Source: Epiperipatus broadwayi
Taxonomy: Eukaryota > Animalia > Onychophora
DNA: 64,000 nucleotides
Reading direction: 5' to 3'
NCBI GenBank assembly: GCA_028023455.1
Contig: JAQFVV010000003.1
Coordinates: 12,462,001-12,526,000, forward strand
In this document: positions 24,391 to 38,430 of the stretch, in pieces
How the letters are laid out: every line of letters begins with the position of its first letter
Position numbering within the stretch: the stretch's first letter is position 1
The notes under the pieces: model-generated
The model's database searches: none
What the model was told of the DNA's origin: nothing
Seen by the model: the letters and a program-made list of their open reading frames with translations, nothing else
Program-made: the position numbers and the translations under genes

Positions 24391-27300
24391 GTTCAATAAA
24401 GAATTTTTATCATTGTGAAAATAATAATGGATAAAAATAGTGATTTAAAAAAAAAGATATTCCTAATCACTGCATAATAAAATCCTTACAAATAGTAGCA
24501 ACTCTCCTCAATAGCTTGTGCAAGGAAAAGAAATAGTAATCATGTGATCCTTACAAATATACTGAGATAGATCTTTACTATCTCAATATCTAACTTATAC
24601 ATAAGCTTAATTTCAGCTTTTGACTTATCTGTTTTTCATTACATTTATTGGGCTGGAAATCAAGAAATTTAATTTGCATTTTTCACCTCTAATGAGAAAT
24701 TTTACTAACATTTTTTTTTTTACAGCTTTAAAATTAACATACATTTTTTTTTTCTAATATTTTAATTTCAAAAATATTCACAGGAGAATCAAATAAGTGG
24801 TAATTTCAATGTTTCTTAAACTCCATGATGGGTCCCATTGAATACTTGGCAATCCGAACTTTGTGAGACTACGAGAAAATATTACCATGGCCTAAAAACT
24901 TAATTTTTTTTTAAAGTTTATGATTATTTATAGTACTTGTGTAATTTTTGGAAATCAAAAATATATAGAAATGTTTTATTTTTAAATATAAAATATATCG
25001 TTCTGAGTAATGTTACTATAGACAGTATGGTTGCAGGAAATACAACTGTCTACAAATGTCACCCCTAAACAGTCTGTTATAACATTTAGCAATATTGTAA
25101 AAATTATGAAAAAAATTTAAACTTTTAAAGCATAAATTGATAGATTTATTAGATATTAAAAATAATTCATTTAAATTTTTAAAACAAACATCAAACAAAG
25201 AAGATTTCATTCATTTTGCAAATGGAATCTGCTCCACCTGAAATTTGATGATGTAACAGCGCTTTGTTTTGATTAAAATCTAATTTTTTAAGTAATTCTG
25301 AAAATCAAATGTGATTTTTTAAAATTCATTTAATTTTTAAACAAAAATATCTATAAAATGAGATCAAATATATTGCATTCTGATAAATAACAAAGGTTTA
25401 ATATTAAAGTGAAAGTTGAAAACTTAAAGTAAGCGAGAACAAAAAAATTTGTCAGAATACAGGAAGGTTAAGTTTTGTTTTATATATATGCTTATATGAT
25501 ATACATGCACACAACAATAGGTTTCCATTTATTATGTTGGTCAAGGTTATTATTAATTGTAAAAAAAAAGTACCTTACAACTAAAACTATTATCAATCTG
25601 TAAAATAATTTATATTACAGGAACAATACTTAATCTATAAAACTTTTTATCAATCAGTAATTAGTTCATTTTTATTAATTAAAAACTTTTAAGAAAATCA
25701 ATTATTAAGTTCTGATCCTGATTTTAATATTGTTATCTGTAAACTTCCAAAATGATCTAATTAAAAATTGGGTAAATCTATTAAAGTAAATAATTACTGG
25801 CTTATCGAAGTTAAAAATGTAATCATTGGCTTGGCTAATTAAAAATTATTGAAAAATGAGTGGGCTAATCAATTAAATTTAGTGCTATAAAAAAAATCAG
25901 TCAAAAATTATATTTCATTCTAATGAATTCTGTTCCAATCTTTCTATTCTGTTATGCAGTCTACATTCTATTCTGCTGTGATTCTGCTTTTATTAGTGAT
26001 GCCTATTTAATATATGGTATCTAAAACTTCTACCAGTAGCCATGTTAAAAATGGTGAGCAGCTAAAGTACTGGAAACGAGCTTCACTCTCCAGTATGTAG
26101 CTACGGCCATTGGATATTTAACATTGCTTGCTGAGTCGCCAATAACATAGCCAACTACTACCTTCAAATATGCCATACAATTAAATGCATTTCTCAATAT
26201 GACAAAAGCAATTCCAGGACAAACTCTTGCTACATCAATAAAACCAGTAAAAGAAGATAAAACTTTTATTATGAACTGTTTTATTAAGACATTGCCAGTG
26301 AGCCAGTGATATAAAGATTAAAGGTTTTAAATTTTATATTTATACTGTGGTCTGTTTTATAAACTTTTTTGTATTATTATTGTTTCTATTTCAACTCTTA
26401 ATATGCATTAGAATGCCTGATAGTTTTAGTTTTATTAATATAAACTAGTTGGTTTCCTTAAGTTTAATCTTTCCCCATGTAAAGTTTTAAAAAGAAAGAA
26501 AATCACTTCCACAATTGTTAAATATAATTCAGGTTACTATGAAAAGAAAGTTTTTTTTTTAAAAAAAAACAAAAAAGTTTTAAAAAGATACATACATATA
26601 TTACAGTTTATAGGCAATCATTAATAATCCTGATGGGTTTTTTTTTAAAATCATATATATATACTTGACTACATGTGTGCATGCATAACTTTAAAAATTA
26701 TTTGTGGGCTATTTTCTTATTTACTCTGTGTCATATGCATCTAAAAGTAAGGAAATATATGTGTGTGTGCATTGTATAGAGTGATCCTAGATATTTATAT
26801 ACCATATGAAGTTATTACTATATGTTTTGGCCCCTGTGATTTTATTATTATTCATGATTATTAGTATGTTAATAGATGGATAAAGTGATCCTTCTTCCCA
26901 TGATTTCCTACTTGGAAATGTTTGTGTACATGTATGTTTTACAATGGGTAGAGATTTGCCTTCCCATAATTTTAAATATTTTATTGCTTTCTAACCTAGA
27001 TTACTAATAAGTCGATTTATTGTCTGTTTTCATTTGTTTCTTTTCATGGTTGGATCCAACGCACCACACATAAGCTTTGCTCTGTAATGGCCTGCATGTG
27101 TGACTATATATATTGAAGAAAGACTGCTAGAGTATTCAATGTTTGCTAATGCCAATATTAAAAATATATATGCATGCACATCTAAAAAAATTGTCATATC
27201 TTTGTAAACTTCAGGAAGTAAAATTTAGGGGAAGTGTAATATTTAAACTATCAGCTATCAAATACACTACATACTTATTTAAAAATGATAATTAATAGGC

Positions 27301-28199
27301 AATCTCTGTTCTGTTTGAAATAATTTTAATATTTAAATCCTACCCTTGAATTGTATCCTTTGTTAATTGTTAATAAATATTGTTTTGCTAATTGTTAGAT
27401 TTGTCGAGCATTTTGTTTATTGTTATCTGCTCTGCCAATTGTTATTTTGCAAAGAATCTCTGCTCTCCATGATCTAGAGGTGATTTTAGATATATGAGTG
27501 ATAGTACAACTGTGGTAGGTACTTGAACTTGATATCCTCTTATTGATGGATATTAGGTGCTGGCTGTTTATTACGATATGGAATACTTCAAAGTTTTCAT
27601 TAAGAATGATCAGTTGAAAATAAGAAAAAAATATTATAGAGAAATATTAAAAAAGACTAATGTTCAATGGTTTTCAAAAAAAGAAACTTGAATTTAAAAA
27701 AATTTGTAACAGTAAACCTTAGTCAAATTATTAAAATAGCACTGTAAGCAAAAAAATAATTATAGAAGTAAACTAGAAAGGAATGTAATGCAAAAAAATA
27801 ATCATAGAAGTAAGCTAGAAAGGAATATTTTCAGTAGAAATAATAAGATAGGAAAAGCTGTCTTAATGCCTGAAGAGAAAAGTGCTTGTTTACAGAATTG
27901 TAATTAACAGAATAGCAATCAATACAAAGACTACAGATAACACATACAATTAAATATGAAAAAATATAAACACATAAATTAGTGAATAAGAAAATATCCT
28001 TAAAAACATAAAAGGCTGAAATACAGTTGGGTTAAACAAATTTGTTAGAAAAGATGACAATAGTTATATAATTAGTCTTAAACTGGATATTAAAAATGGC
28101 AAGATGACTAAAATAAAATGGAGAAGAAAAGGAGTTATTAATTAGAAGTATTGGAATCAATTCTCTGAGAAATTCATCTTGCAGTAGTCGAATAAAAAT

Positions 28200-28600
28200 A
28201 AAAATGATACATATATATAATCAATTATTTGTTAAAAGAAAGATTCTTTTTTTTTTTATTGAAGCTACTATCTCAAGGAATTTATGTTTTGTTTTCTTCC
28301 TTAAAAATTCTTATCTGCTACCTTCTTTGGCACCATTCAACAATTACTTTTTTCTTTATCTTTGCATATCATTCTCTATTAAATCCATGGAATTTCTTTA
28401 CTATAAATATATGAGCAATCCAATTTGTCATGACTCTTTATTTTCTCGATAATTATTTTTTATTTAATCCTTCCAATATAATATAACTTTATTTCTAATT
28501 ATGTCTTTCTAGTCTCTTCTCAAATATAAGACTTTTTCCCAATGAAAATAATTAACAAGCCTGATTATTAGATCCAACTTCAATGAGTCACAGAACTATC
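28200..28600 (-). mobile_element. LINE 3' fragment (RTE-like)
   Basis: Minus-strand reading resembles the WIAHI and ILEG motifs of RTE C-termini. Confidence 0.35.
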
Positions 28601-29459
28601 TCATATTTTTATTAAAACAAATGCAATTGTCATTTTTGTAAGAAATATGCATATTAATCTATCTGTCTGAAAGCAAATTTATTTTTACAATAGATATTAG
28701 AGGTTATATATAATAGCCAATTTCTTGATTCTAAACTATAATGATACAAAATACACAAGATAAGATTTAAGGAGATCCTCATTGTTACTTGGGCCAAAGC
28801 TTTCAATATTACCAACTATAAATCAGAATAAACTTGAATACTATATATAAGCATATTTTATACACTTTAAAGTGCTAAAGATGAAATACATCAAATTATT
28901 GAATTTGATGCTTTTTAAAGTCAATAAACATTTATATAACTGTATTCTGGATAGGAATGAATTATAATTAATTTCCTTTTTTATAAATTTTATCATTAGT
29001 ACATATAGAGTTGTTATTTACTCTATGAAATTTCACAACTAATAATATGCTTATCTTTTATACAATTAATAAACTCTTTCACAAATACATTAATTATGTA
29101 AAAGGCAACACATCAATAATTATGAATTTTATAAAGTAAATAACGCCTTTAAAAATACTGTGAACCTTAAGTCCTTCATACATAAATGTACTATTTTTGT
29201 CTTTTTTTTTTTTTTATATCAAATAATTGCTTTCTCTGATTCTGAAATTAATGTTATAAGAATATATGTTTGTTTGTTTTTTGTTTTTTACAGATTCATC
29301 ACTTTTGGTTTATTTTTTTAATTTTAATTGAATTTTTTTTTTTATTATTTAAAAAAAAAAAAACAATTCTCTTTTCTCTCATTTAATTCTGATAATTCAG
29401 AGATAATTATCTTTTACAAATAAATTTGAACAAAAAACAAACAAATTTAAAAGTCAGTG

Positions 29460-30240
29460 ATAACCATAATGTGTTGAGATCTATTTGTTAAAAAAACTAC
29501 TTGATTATGAGTGTGGGCTTCAAATATAGAACAATAATCAAAGAGATTGAACAATTTCATAAAAGATTAACTGCTAACTACATAACAGAAAATAAATCAC
29601 AAATAACGCTCCATATAACCCTAAAGTGGCTCTGGTAAAAGAATTTAGGGTTGGTTTCCACACACCCCCAGACACAAATAGATTAATCAATAACTCCAAA
29701 GATAAAATTGATCCTAGCTTGATACCTCAAGTGATGTACAAGATCTCATGCCCGTAGGTAGGCTGCAGCACCGCATATTATGAAGAAACAAAAGCCACTG
29801 TTAATAACAGAGTTACTCAGCATATGTACACATATAAGAGAGCTTAAAATAATGGCAACAATACTTCAATATTCTTGGAACATGAAAAAGCAGCCAGTCA
29901 CAAGTTTGAACCCTCCAATCCTGAGATCGTATATACTAAAAGAAATGACTGCAAAAGAAAAATAATCCACACACCATTAATAGAAAAGATACACATTTCT
30001 CTATTTCAAGAAGTGGACAAGCTGATCAATCTCTATATATTAAAAATTGTTTTACATATGAAGATTAATTTGCATATATTAGCATACATTATTAGCACCA
30101 TAATGTTTCTAACTCTTGGGCTATGAATATGAGGTTAAAAGACCTTGAAAGCGCTAAACCTGATATTTAATTTTGATATTTTTAACTTCACCAATGAGCA
30201 TTTAAAGCACGGTATAATTACTATTAATAAAGATATTAAA
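29460..30240 (+). mobile_element. Penelope-like element PLE3, 5'-truncated (thumb, GIY-YIG, tail)
   Basis: A nearly open frame reads RVGFHTPPDTNRLINNSKDKID...VMYKISCP*VGCSTAYYEET...RVTQHMYTY...EHEKAASHKF, continuing as ORF 29875-30126. Confidence 0.88.
30118..30161 (+). ncRNA. Minimal type I hammerhead-like motif, A3:U8 core
   Basis: Reads gggct ATGAATA t gaggtt aaaa gacctt GAAA gcgc TA aacct. Stem I pairs at 4 of 5 positions, stem II has 6 bp and stem III is the palindrome GCGC. Confidence 0.75.
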
Positions 30241-30781
30241 ATTATATATATATATAAGCACAAACATTTTGCAAATAAATAGGGAAATATTTTAAATTAT
30301 AATTACTGAATTGTACATAAATCTAATGCTTACGTTTTTGTTTTTTTTTTCCTCTACAACTTCTGTCAATTTTTTTTTTTTTTTTAAATTCAAATGCTAT
30401 AGATCAATTTAAGTGTAAAATTTGTCTAAAACAAATAAGTCAGTATATTTTTTTTACATAATAGATTAATGAATAGATAAGATTATTTTTAAAAAGTAAT
30501 CTTATCTAATCACTAAAATTAATACCAATTCCTATTTTTTAAAACATATATTATTAGAATGACATAAAAATTATATAAATATACTTTATTATACATACAC
30601 ACTCAAATACACATTTTGCAAATAGGCATAGAATGTTTTTTTTTTTTTTAATTATAATATCCGAGTTGTATGTAAATCTTAGGATTGATATATTTTACAT
30701 TACAATATTTTAGTAAATAAACATAAAAATGTTTCTTATATATAAATTTTAATAGGCTCCTGTTTTACCATTTTTATATAT

Positions 30782-31772
30782 TGTAATGGAAACATGACGA
30801 TCGAATGCAAAACTTCCCTTTTATTTATATATAATACAGATTTCTTAAATTCAAAATCGCCCACCTTCCACTACCGCGAGCAGAGAGAACATATGAACAT
30901 AAACGAATCTATATCTGAATTTGACCAAACCTGTGACTATACGAATATTGCCCCCAGGTTATCTTTCCCGGTCAACTGTCTCTCGACTGCTGTAATATTT
31001 AAAGAATTACAGTGCTTGGATAATTTATAAAATTAAATGGGATCAAGAATACTGCCTACTAGCCTCACCTGTTATTTAGTGCTCAAAATGGAGTAATAAT
31101 TATCACCCAAACCCCTATGGATATATTACTGTCTGGAATGGCGAAGAACGAGACGAAACAGATCAAATAAATAAGAAATATTTAATATAACAAATAAACA
31201 AAAAAAAAAATATCAATTGAAATATTTTACACACAATAGAAACAAATTATTGGACATAATGCTACGAGTAAATATATAAAAAAAAGATCCTATAAATGAT
31301 TATACATTTATAGTCATCATTCCATGTATTAGAAAAAAGTTTAATTATTGTCTATATCACTAATATCAGGAATTGGCCATTGTTTAAATTAAAGGTATGT
31401 GCATATATGTCTATAAAGGTGTGATATATAATTTACCTAGGTTTTCTTTAGTCTCTGAACTGAATTAAGGTCCTGCTGACCACCATGTAAAATTCCTCCA
31501 CTTCTTTAGCAGGGAACGGTCGCTCTTAGGTTGGACTTGGTTTGTGGTGACTTCTCTGTATTAGGATATCAAGGACATGGCAAGCGAACCATCCGGCAGG
31601 TGCTACATCGGCAGTTGTTACATGGTGACGGGAACCGTTTGAGCACGGTGAGTCTGAATCGGCCAGCGATCATGATGATCCTTAGCCACACATTCTTGAA
31701 GCATCATGTATGTTAGAAATCATTTCCTGTTCATACAGTGATCCATTTCTATATTGGAGTCCTTCCACTACA
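30782..31772 (-). mobile_element. LTR (~990 bp), probably a 3' LTR, with adjacent internal sequence to ~32480
   Basis: Ends tgtaatggaa and ttccactaca are 9/10 inverted, giving TG...CA. It is CpG-rich, with ATAT on the left and a purine-rich run abutting the right end on the minus strand. No TSD pair, and orientation is inferred. Confidence 0.55.
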
Positions 31773-32554
31773 TTTCTGGTTTTTCTCTGTTGTTGTTTTT
31801 TTTTTAAACTTTAAAGGATTCTTATGTCTGCTTTCTACTCGATTATATCTGCTTATTATCAGAGCAGTGTCTTCACCAAAGTCTCGATGAGAACTCCCCT
31901 GAATTCCAATAATCTTTAATAATTAAATTTTTCCACATTCTTTTATTCTCTTGATCCTTTTGTTTATAGCTTTCCATTCACACCTTTCTTTTTTTAATAT
32001 ACCTTCAGCAATTTATACAAATTTACGTTTATACAATCTCGTAGCAATATTTACATTTATTTTTTATTTATTTTCTTTTCCTTTTAATAAAATAAATTTT
32101 TAATAAAATGATTTTTATTTTGACTAGCATTAATTATTGCTGTCTTTATCCATACTTTATACATACTCTACACGCGCATTTCGTCTTATCGTCAAAATTT
32201 GTACTTTTATGGAATAGATCCCTATCTTTTATCATGTTTTAAATTTTATTTTAATCTGATTTAAACTTTTACTTTTCCTTATAAATCATTTTTTAGTTCT
32301 TATTTCGCTCATATTTCCTCTTTCATTCTTAAGCCAAATAGATGATTTCAATATTTGTACATTTAAATATTTCTATTTTACCAAAATCTTAACTTTGGAG
32401 GGTAAAAGATAAGAATCTTTTTGATTCTATTTCCCTCTCTTTATTAATTAAGACATTTCTTTCTTCATGGGTTTTAATTCTTTTACTAGTATTAAAAAAA
32501 CACACACACAATATTTAATATTATTTAATGTTAAATATATATGTGTGGTTGTAG

Positions 32555-32645
32555 TATGTACGATCATCACAATATCTATTGCTTATTTTCTCTGATCCCT
32601 GAAAAGCAATGGATCAACAGCTTAGTACATGGATGTAACCTAATG
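32555..32645 (+). other. Candidate host exon (MYDHHNIYCLFSLIPEKQWINSLVHGCNLM)
   Basis: AG/GT-bounded 91-bp open frame outside recognised TEs. No family was recognised. Confidence 0.15.
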
Positions 32646-34784
32646 GTAAAATTAAAAGAAAAAAAACATTATATTTACTGTACAAAATATAATTACACGT
32701 GTTATTGATTATACAGATCATCACATTTTATGATTGTGTTTCATAAAGTTCATACTTTAAAATGAAGCAAATAAAATCTGCTTAATGTAATTGAAGCTTA
32801 CTTTGCTACTTAAGAACTTAGGGTAATTAATAAAGGTTTTCTTGAAATAGTATACAATTCAGAAGATGGTTATTATGTATAGTATCTAATATCTTATTTA
32901 ATAATGAACTAACCTATCATCAAGCAGACAACTTTACATGCAAATATATAATGTATATGGATATTCTGCCCAAAAGCAGTGTAATTAAGCAACAAAATAC
33001 TATGGCTAAGTGGTAACACCTGATCTTCATCAATGCTACTTTAATATTATTTGCAATTATCTTCCTAAAATCTATTTTTGCATTTTAATTTATAAAGCTA
33101 TTTTACAAACATTAAATGTGTGAGATTATAAATTATATTCAATCCAGAAATTACAATCAATTTCATTTTTATTTCAAACATATGGTTGCACATATTGTGG
33201 GACAGCGGGGGGGGGGGGGGAACATGTCAAGACTCGAAATACATTTAAGGTATAAAAAAAAAAAGATGAAGAATTATAACTGAAAATTATCATGCAGATA
33301 AACAATGTTAAGAGAATTGTAATATATTCAAATTTTAATAAATTTAAGAACTACATCTAAGCTTAAACACAAATATAATAATTTGTAACCTAATAAAATG
33401 TGATTAGCACAAATTTATTAAAAAGTGATTGTTGTAAATAAATATTTTCTAAAAAAAAATAGGAATTTGTGAAATAAATTTCTATATTATATATATAAAT
33501 TATTAAAGTTTAGTCTTATATAAAGTAACATGGAAACAGAGTAGTTTCTATTACAATGATTTTATTAAATTAAAATTTAAAATTAAAATTTTTCTGCAAG
33601 AACTATTTTACTAATAGATGGATTCTTTTGATTTCTACATAGCAACATCTTAATTAAACTTTTGAAAGCACAAAACGAGCATGTCTTGAATTTTAACAAC
33701 TTATAATAATGACTTTATATATATATATATTCAATCATTGATCCGTCTTCAAATAGAAATCTCACACATATGTATTCTATATCTAAATTTAAAACAATAC
33801 ATTTAATATTATAAACATAAATTATTTAGATATACATATATATACTTTATTATAGCTGATCTTTATAATTTTCTTTTTTTTTTTAATCTTACTCTTACAA
33901 CAGAAATTAATGAAAAAAACCAATAGTTAAAATAATTAAGGAAAAAGAGAAATAAAATAAAAAAACGATACCTGAAGACTTAAAATTTTATTCAATTGAT
34001 CTCCAATATTGTTTGGTAAATGGGTATTCTTGCAGAGAATAAATTGATGAAATAAGCAAGCCCTAGTGAATAAAGACTTCATTTATTGTTCTATGAGGAG
34101 TTTGGCTAAGCCTTTTTTGCAATGGTCATGTAAAGACAGTTTTTATATTTTAACTTTTAAATAAATAAACAGAAAAATCATAAAAATATATGTATGATAT
34201 TAAATTTATATATGATAAATTTGGTGGCATCAAAAAGTCATTTTAATTATATTATATTTAGATAAATTTGAGGTACAGAGGCATCTAATAATATTATATA
34301 AGAAATTCACCATACATACAGAAAAAATTATCAACCACAAGACATATCTTTCATTGTTTATTATTGAATGTTAGATAATTTCATTATCAAAAACCAATTG
34401 AAGTAATTAAGCAATAAGATACAATGTCAGAACAATCATCCTCTTAGTATAATTTATTATAGCTACTCAATACTTTTTATGATAGAAAACGATAAAGTTT
34501 AAAGGTTACTAAATAAATTTTTATGTGAAAGTTGAAATATTTCCTTAAGGTATTAAAATGATTTTGTTCAGACAGAAATAACTGAGAATATCATAAAGAT
34601 ATTTAGGAATAAAGTTAAATTTTGAACTATCTTCTATCATATCTATAAAGTTAGCTTCAAGGCACAATGAAAATCACTACTGGCTAATACATTTGTATTA
34701 ATATCACTGCAAACGAATATAATACTATTGATCTAAAAAAATGTCAATTTCACCAATTGAAATGATATCTTGAACAAATTTCAG

Positions 34785-34888
34785 ATTCTGTCCCTGCAGG
34801 GATCTTCATGGATTAAATCAAAAAATCTATCATATTGCAGACAGCCATAACAAGAATTACTGGGCTCCTTCACAAAATTCCAAAAAAG
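34785..34888 (+). other. Candidate host exon (FCPCRDLHGLNQKIYHIADSHNKNYWAPSQNSKK)
   Basis: Bounded by tttcag/ and G/GTTTGT, with one open frame in a GC-richer patch. Minus-strand frames are also open. Confidence 0.2.
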
Positions 34889-37800
34889 GTTTGTTTTAAT
34901 ATTTATAATACATATCTTAATACTCTTTGAATTTATAATTATAAAACAAGAATCCTTATGATGGCAGGAGTCCATACGCATTGTCTTGGTATTAACACGC
35001 TATTAAAAAATGCTAGGACCTTTTGCAATTTAGTCATAACGATGGACGCAAGAGCTAAATATTCTGGATAAATTTCCTTCCAGCTAGGTAAAAACAAGAA
35101 ATTTCAGTTTGACCAAATAGTAGAAAACTACTTGGATGTCCAATCTTCTGGGCAATTGGCCATATAACTATTCAGAGAATTTAATAAGTAAAATAATAAT
35201 AACGTATTTCTAATAAAAAGAAGTAAGATTTCAAGTAAGATTTGAATTTTAAATAATGTTTATCACAACTTGTGATAAATATCACTTTTTTAAAAACAAT
35301 TTTAGATAGTTTTCTAGATACAAAACTAAATCAAAATATTTAACACTTTATTTGCTTATTCAATGAAAAGCAGAAAAAAGTGCCAAAGAAGAAATTGCTC
35401 TTCAGAATCAATGTTTAATTAGTTCAATGATCTAGATTTATTCAGATTTAAATGAGAGCTAAAAGAACAAACTCATGGAAAAAAAACTCTTTAGAAAGTG
35501 GGAGGGAGTGGGGTTAGTAACTGCTTCTATCAAAAAGCAATATAATGGCTCATTAAGAATAACTTCATTACTGACTATTTCTATTGGTTTTACCAATACA
35601 TCTGAAGACTACTCAACCTACTCAAAAATGAAATATTACAATTTTACCAATTTCAATGGTTAAAATAATAATTAGAGATAAATCTAAAATAGTATTATCA
35701 TGTTTCGTCTATAAAAGGAGGACCAAAATTATTCTAAATAAAAAGTTAAGATACAATTTTTTTTTTGGACCAAAGTAATTCTAGCATTTAAATCAAATGA
35801 AATTCTGCATATGAAGTGTTTGACAAATAAAATCAGTGATGATTCTTTTGTTTTCTAAAAAAAAAAAATCTTTGAAAGGTAATCTTGTAAAATGTTTTAG
35901 AAAAACTCAAACTTATTTAATTAAAACTTTCTAAATACATTTAACTATTAAAAGCAACATGTGGGTTAATAGAGAATGTGTTTCATGTGATGTTTTTCCC
36001 CTCCCTTTTTTAGATATTGATCTGACCAATAATTAAACCAATGATCTTTAGATTCATGAATACTAAATTTAAGGTGACAATGTAATAAACTACACTGTTT
36101 TATTAAAAAAAATAACAATAAAAATGTTATACAGTATATGTATTTATGAGGACCCTCCTGATTTCTCCATTAATAAAATTTTTATTATACTTATTTATAA
36201 GGATCCTTTTGATTTCATTTTTTCTTTTTAACGGGGGATGGGGGAGGGGGTCACAACTTTCAGTGATAAGTATTGAAGTGGAAGATAGAAGTAAACAGAT
36301 ATCACATTTTTATATATAATCACACAATTGTGTCATTTGCTAACCTGTTTCAAAATTGGATTCCCAGAAATGTTAACAGAGCTCAAAAAACTTAATTAAA
36401 GAACAATTCAAATATTAAAATTATAAATTATACATAAATTAATTTTAGAAACCCTTATTCTTAAATACTTTTCAGTCAAGTAATATTGCATGATTTTGTG
36501 AAGTGGTAGAATGCCAGATTCTAGAGTTTAAGGTCACATAATATGAACCAGTTCTATCTTTTCTAATACTCAAATCTAGTATGAACTCCAAGCAATAAAC
36601 TCAATCAACTAATCAAATGACATCACCCATGCTACTCTTTATTAAAATGTTGTGTCAACACATTCATTTTTTAATCAGTTATCATGTTTTAATAAATCCA
36701 GTTCTCTTGTTATACTGATTATTATCTTGTTGATTTTTAATACTTATAAATTTTATTTTTTTTTTTTCTTTTCCATAAAATGTAAATTGACAATTTATTT
36801 TTTTATTAATTTCATTTTGTTTTAAGTCTAAATTTTCAGCATTCTTATTTAAATATAATTTGATTTTACAGATTCATTTTCTGAATTCATTAAAGATTCA
36901 AATTTAAGTTGTTATATTTATTATTTAATAATTAAATAATTTTGTTTCAAAATTATAGAATAATTTTTCTGATTACTTTCTTTTTTTTTCATAAATAAAT
37001 CTTTTTTTTAAACCTACTACTGCCATAATGCCAATTTATATATTTTAATGAAATAATAAAAATCAGCTTTAATGGCATGTCTATTGTCTAAAACTAATCC
37101 TATATATGATTATAAAAAAATATTCTCTGCATAGAAAATTTCTACTGACTAGTGCTTTTCACAATAATGAGTATACATGAATATGTCAGTGTCAATTCAA
37201 TGTTAGACTGTCTGATCAGCAACATTTGAAGAAAAGAGGAGAAAAATGCTACTTGAAACTTTCTATTCTATACTGACTTGTGTATTATTGCCAACAATTA
37301 ACACAATTGATAATTCAATTAGATGATGGAAATAGTCCAACATATAACTACAAGAAAAATACCATGCCTTTAGACAAGCATTGAAAAAACTAGTAATGAT
37401 TAAAATGAAATTACAATACAAAATAAAATATTTATGAGCAAAAAATATAAGCAAGCTCCTTGCTCTATACTATTTATTAAATTGAAACTAGTACAAAAAC
37501 AAAAAAAAATTGCAGACAGCTACTTCTAACTCAATTTAATTATGCAGTAGTGATTTCCCATTCAACATCAAAACGCCACAATATAAACAATGAGTAAAAC
37601 TGGTGGACATTACCCACTGATTATACTTTGAAATTTCTAAAGTTAAGTGAGAGAAGTCACTTTAATATAATTACATAAGCTAAGAAGAAAGTCCAAAGAC
37701 AATGGTTTTTAAAGAAAGTACATGCACTTGGCTTTGTCATTTAATATATAATTTCTGATTTAATATCAGAATGGTATAGCTACTTAAACTGGTTATATTG

Positions 37801-38037
37801 AGTTCAAAACTTTAGAGAATTTGAATTTTCAAACAATTTCTTTGAATATCAGGACAAAAATAGCCAAAGAATGGAGAGAGACAAATCCAGTGCCTTTCAT
37901 CATACAGGCCAATTATCTGGCTTACTGCTATGTAGTGCCTAATAATTTTACTTAAGTTAATTCAATAAATTATAAAACTTTCTCTAAATTTATTAGTGTA
38001 AGATAATTTTGAATTTTAGAACTGAGAATCCTAAATC

Positions 38038-38430
38038 AGGGATCAGCAAGCTGCTGCTCACAAGGCAAATATGGCTCTTTGATCCCAATCTCATGACTCT
38101 TTTTATCATGATAAACATAAATGCATTATTTATCCTCTTGTACTTTGTAAATAAATATTTTGATGACTCTACAAGAGGAAAAATGCTAATTACAATGTTT
38201 TTCTTGAATTCAGCCTTTTTATAGAATATTAATTATCATATATGTTGAATATTTAAATATTAAAAATCTGTGAATAAATCAAAATGTCAACATAATTTTT
38301 TGTTTTTATTAATTTATTTTAAGAGAAATTTTAATTTCTTATTTTCCCCTCTTTCCTTGCTTCTTTAATGGGGTGGTGGGTGGAAAACAAAATGGCTCTT
38401 CATGGCGCATACAGAGATCATTAATATACA
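38038..38430. mobile_element. Degenerate hAT-type MITE
   Basis: Begins cagggatcagcaagct... and has tggctctt subterminal motifs near both ends (~38074, ~38394). The right TIR is eroded. Confidence 0.3.

Noticed and set aside
26060-26320. Open minus-strand frame containing ARVCPGIAF, resembling a cytochrome P450 heme motif
   Set aside because: The invariant Gly of FxxGxRxC is Val here, and no other P450 exons were seen.
31128-31165. gtct...agac GAAA inside the LTR as a hammerhead
   Set aside because: No core sequence upstream of the stem.
34785-35190. Plus frame that would be long if TAA/TAG encoded Gln (alternative code or editing)
   Set aside because: It also contains TGA, TE ORFs in the window fit the standard code, and the peptide is unrecognisable.
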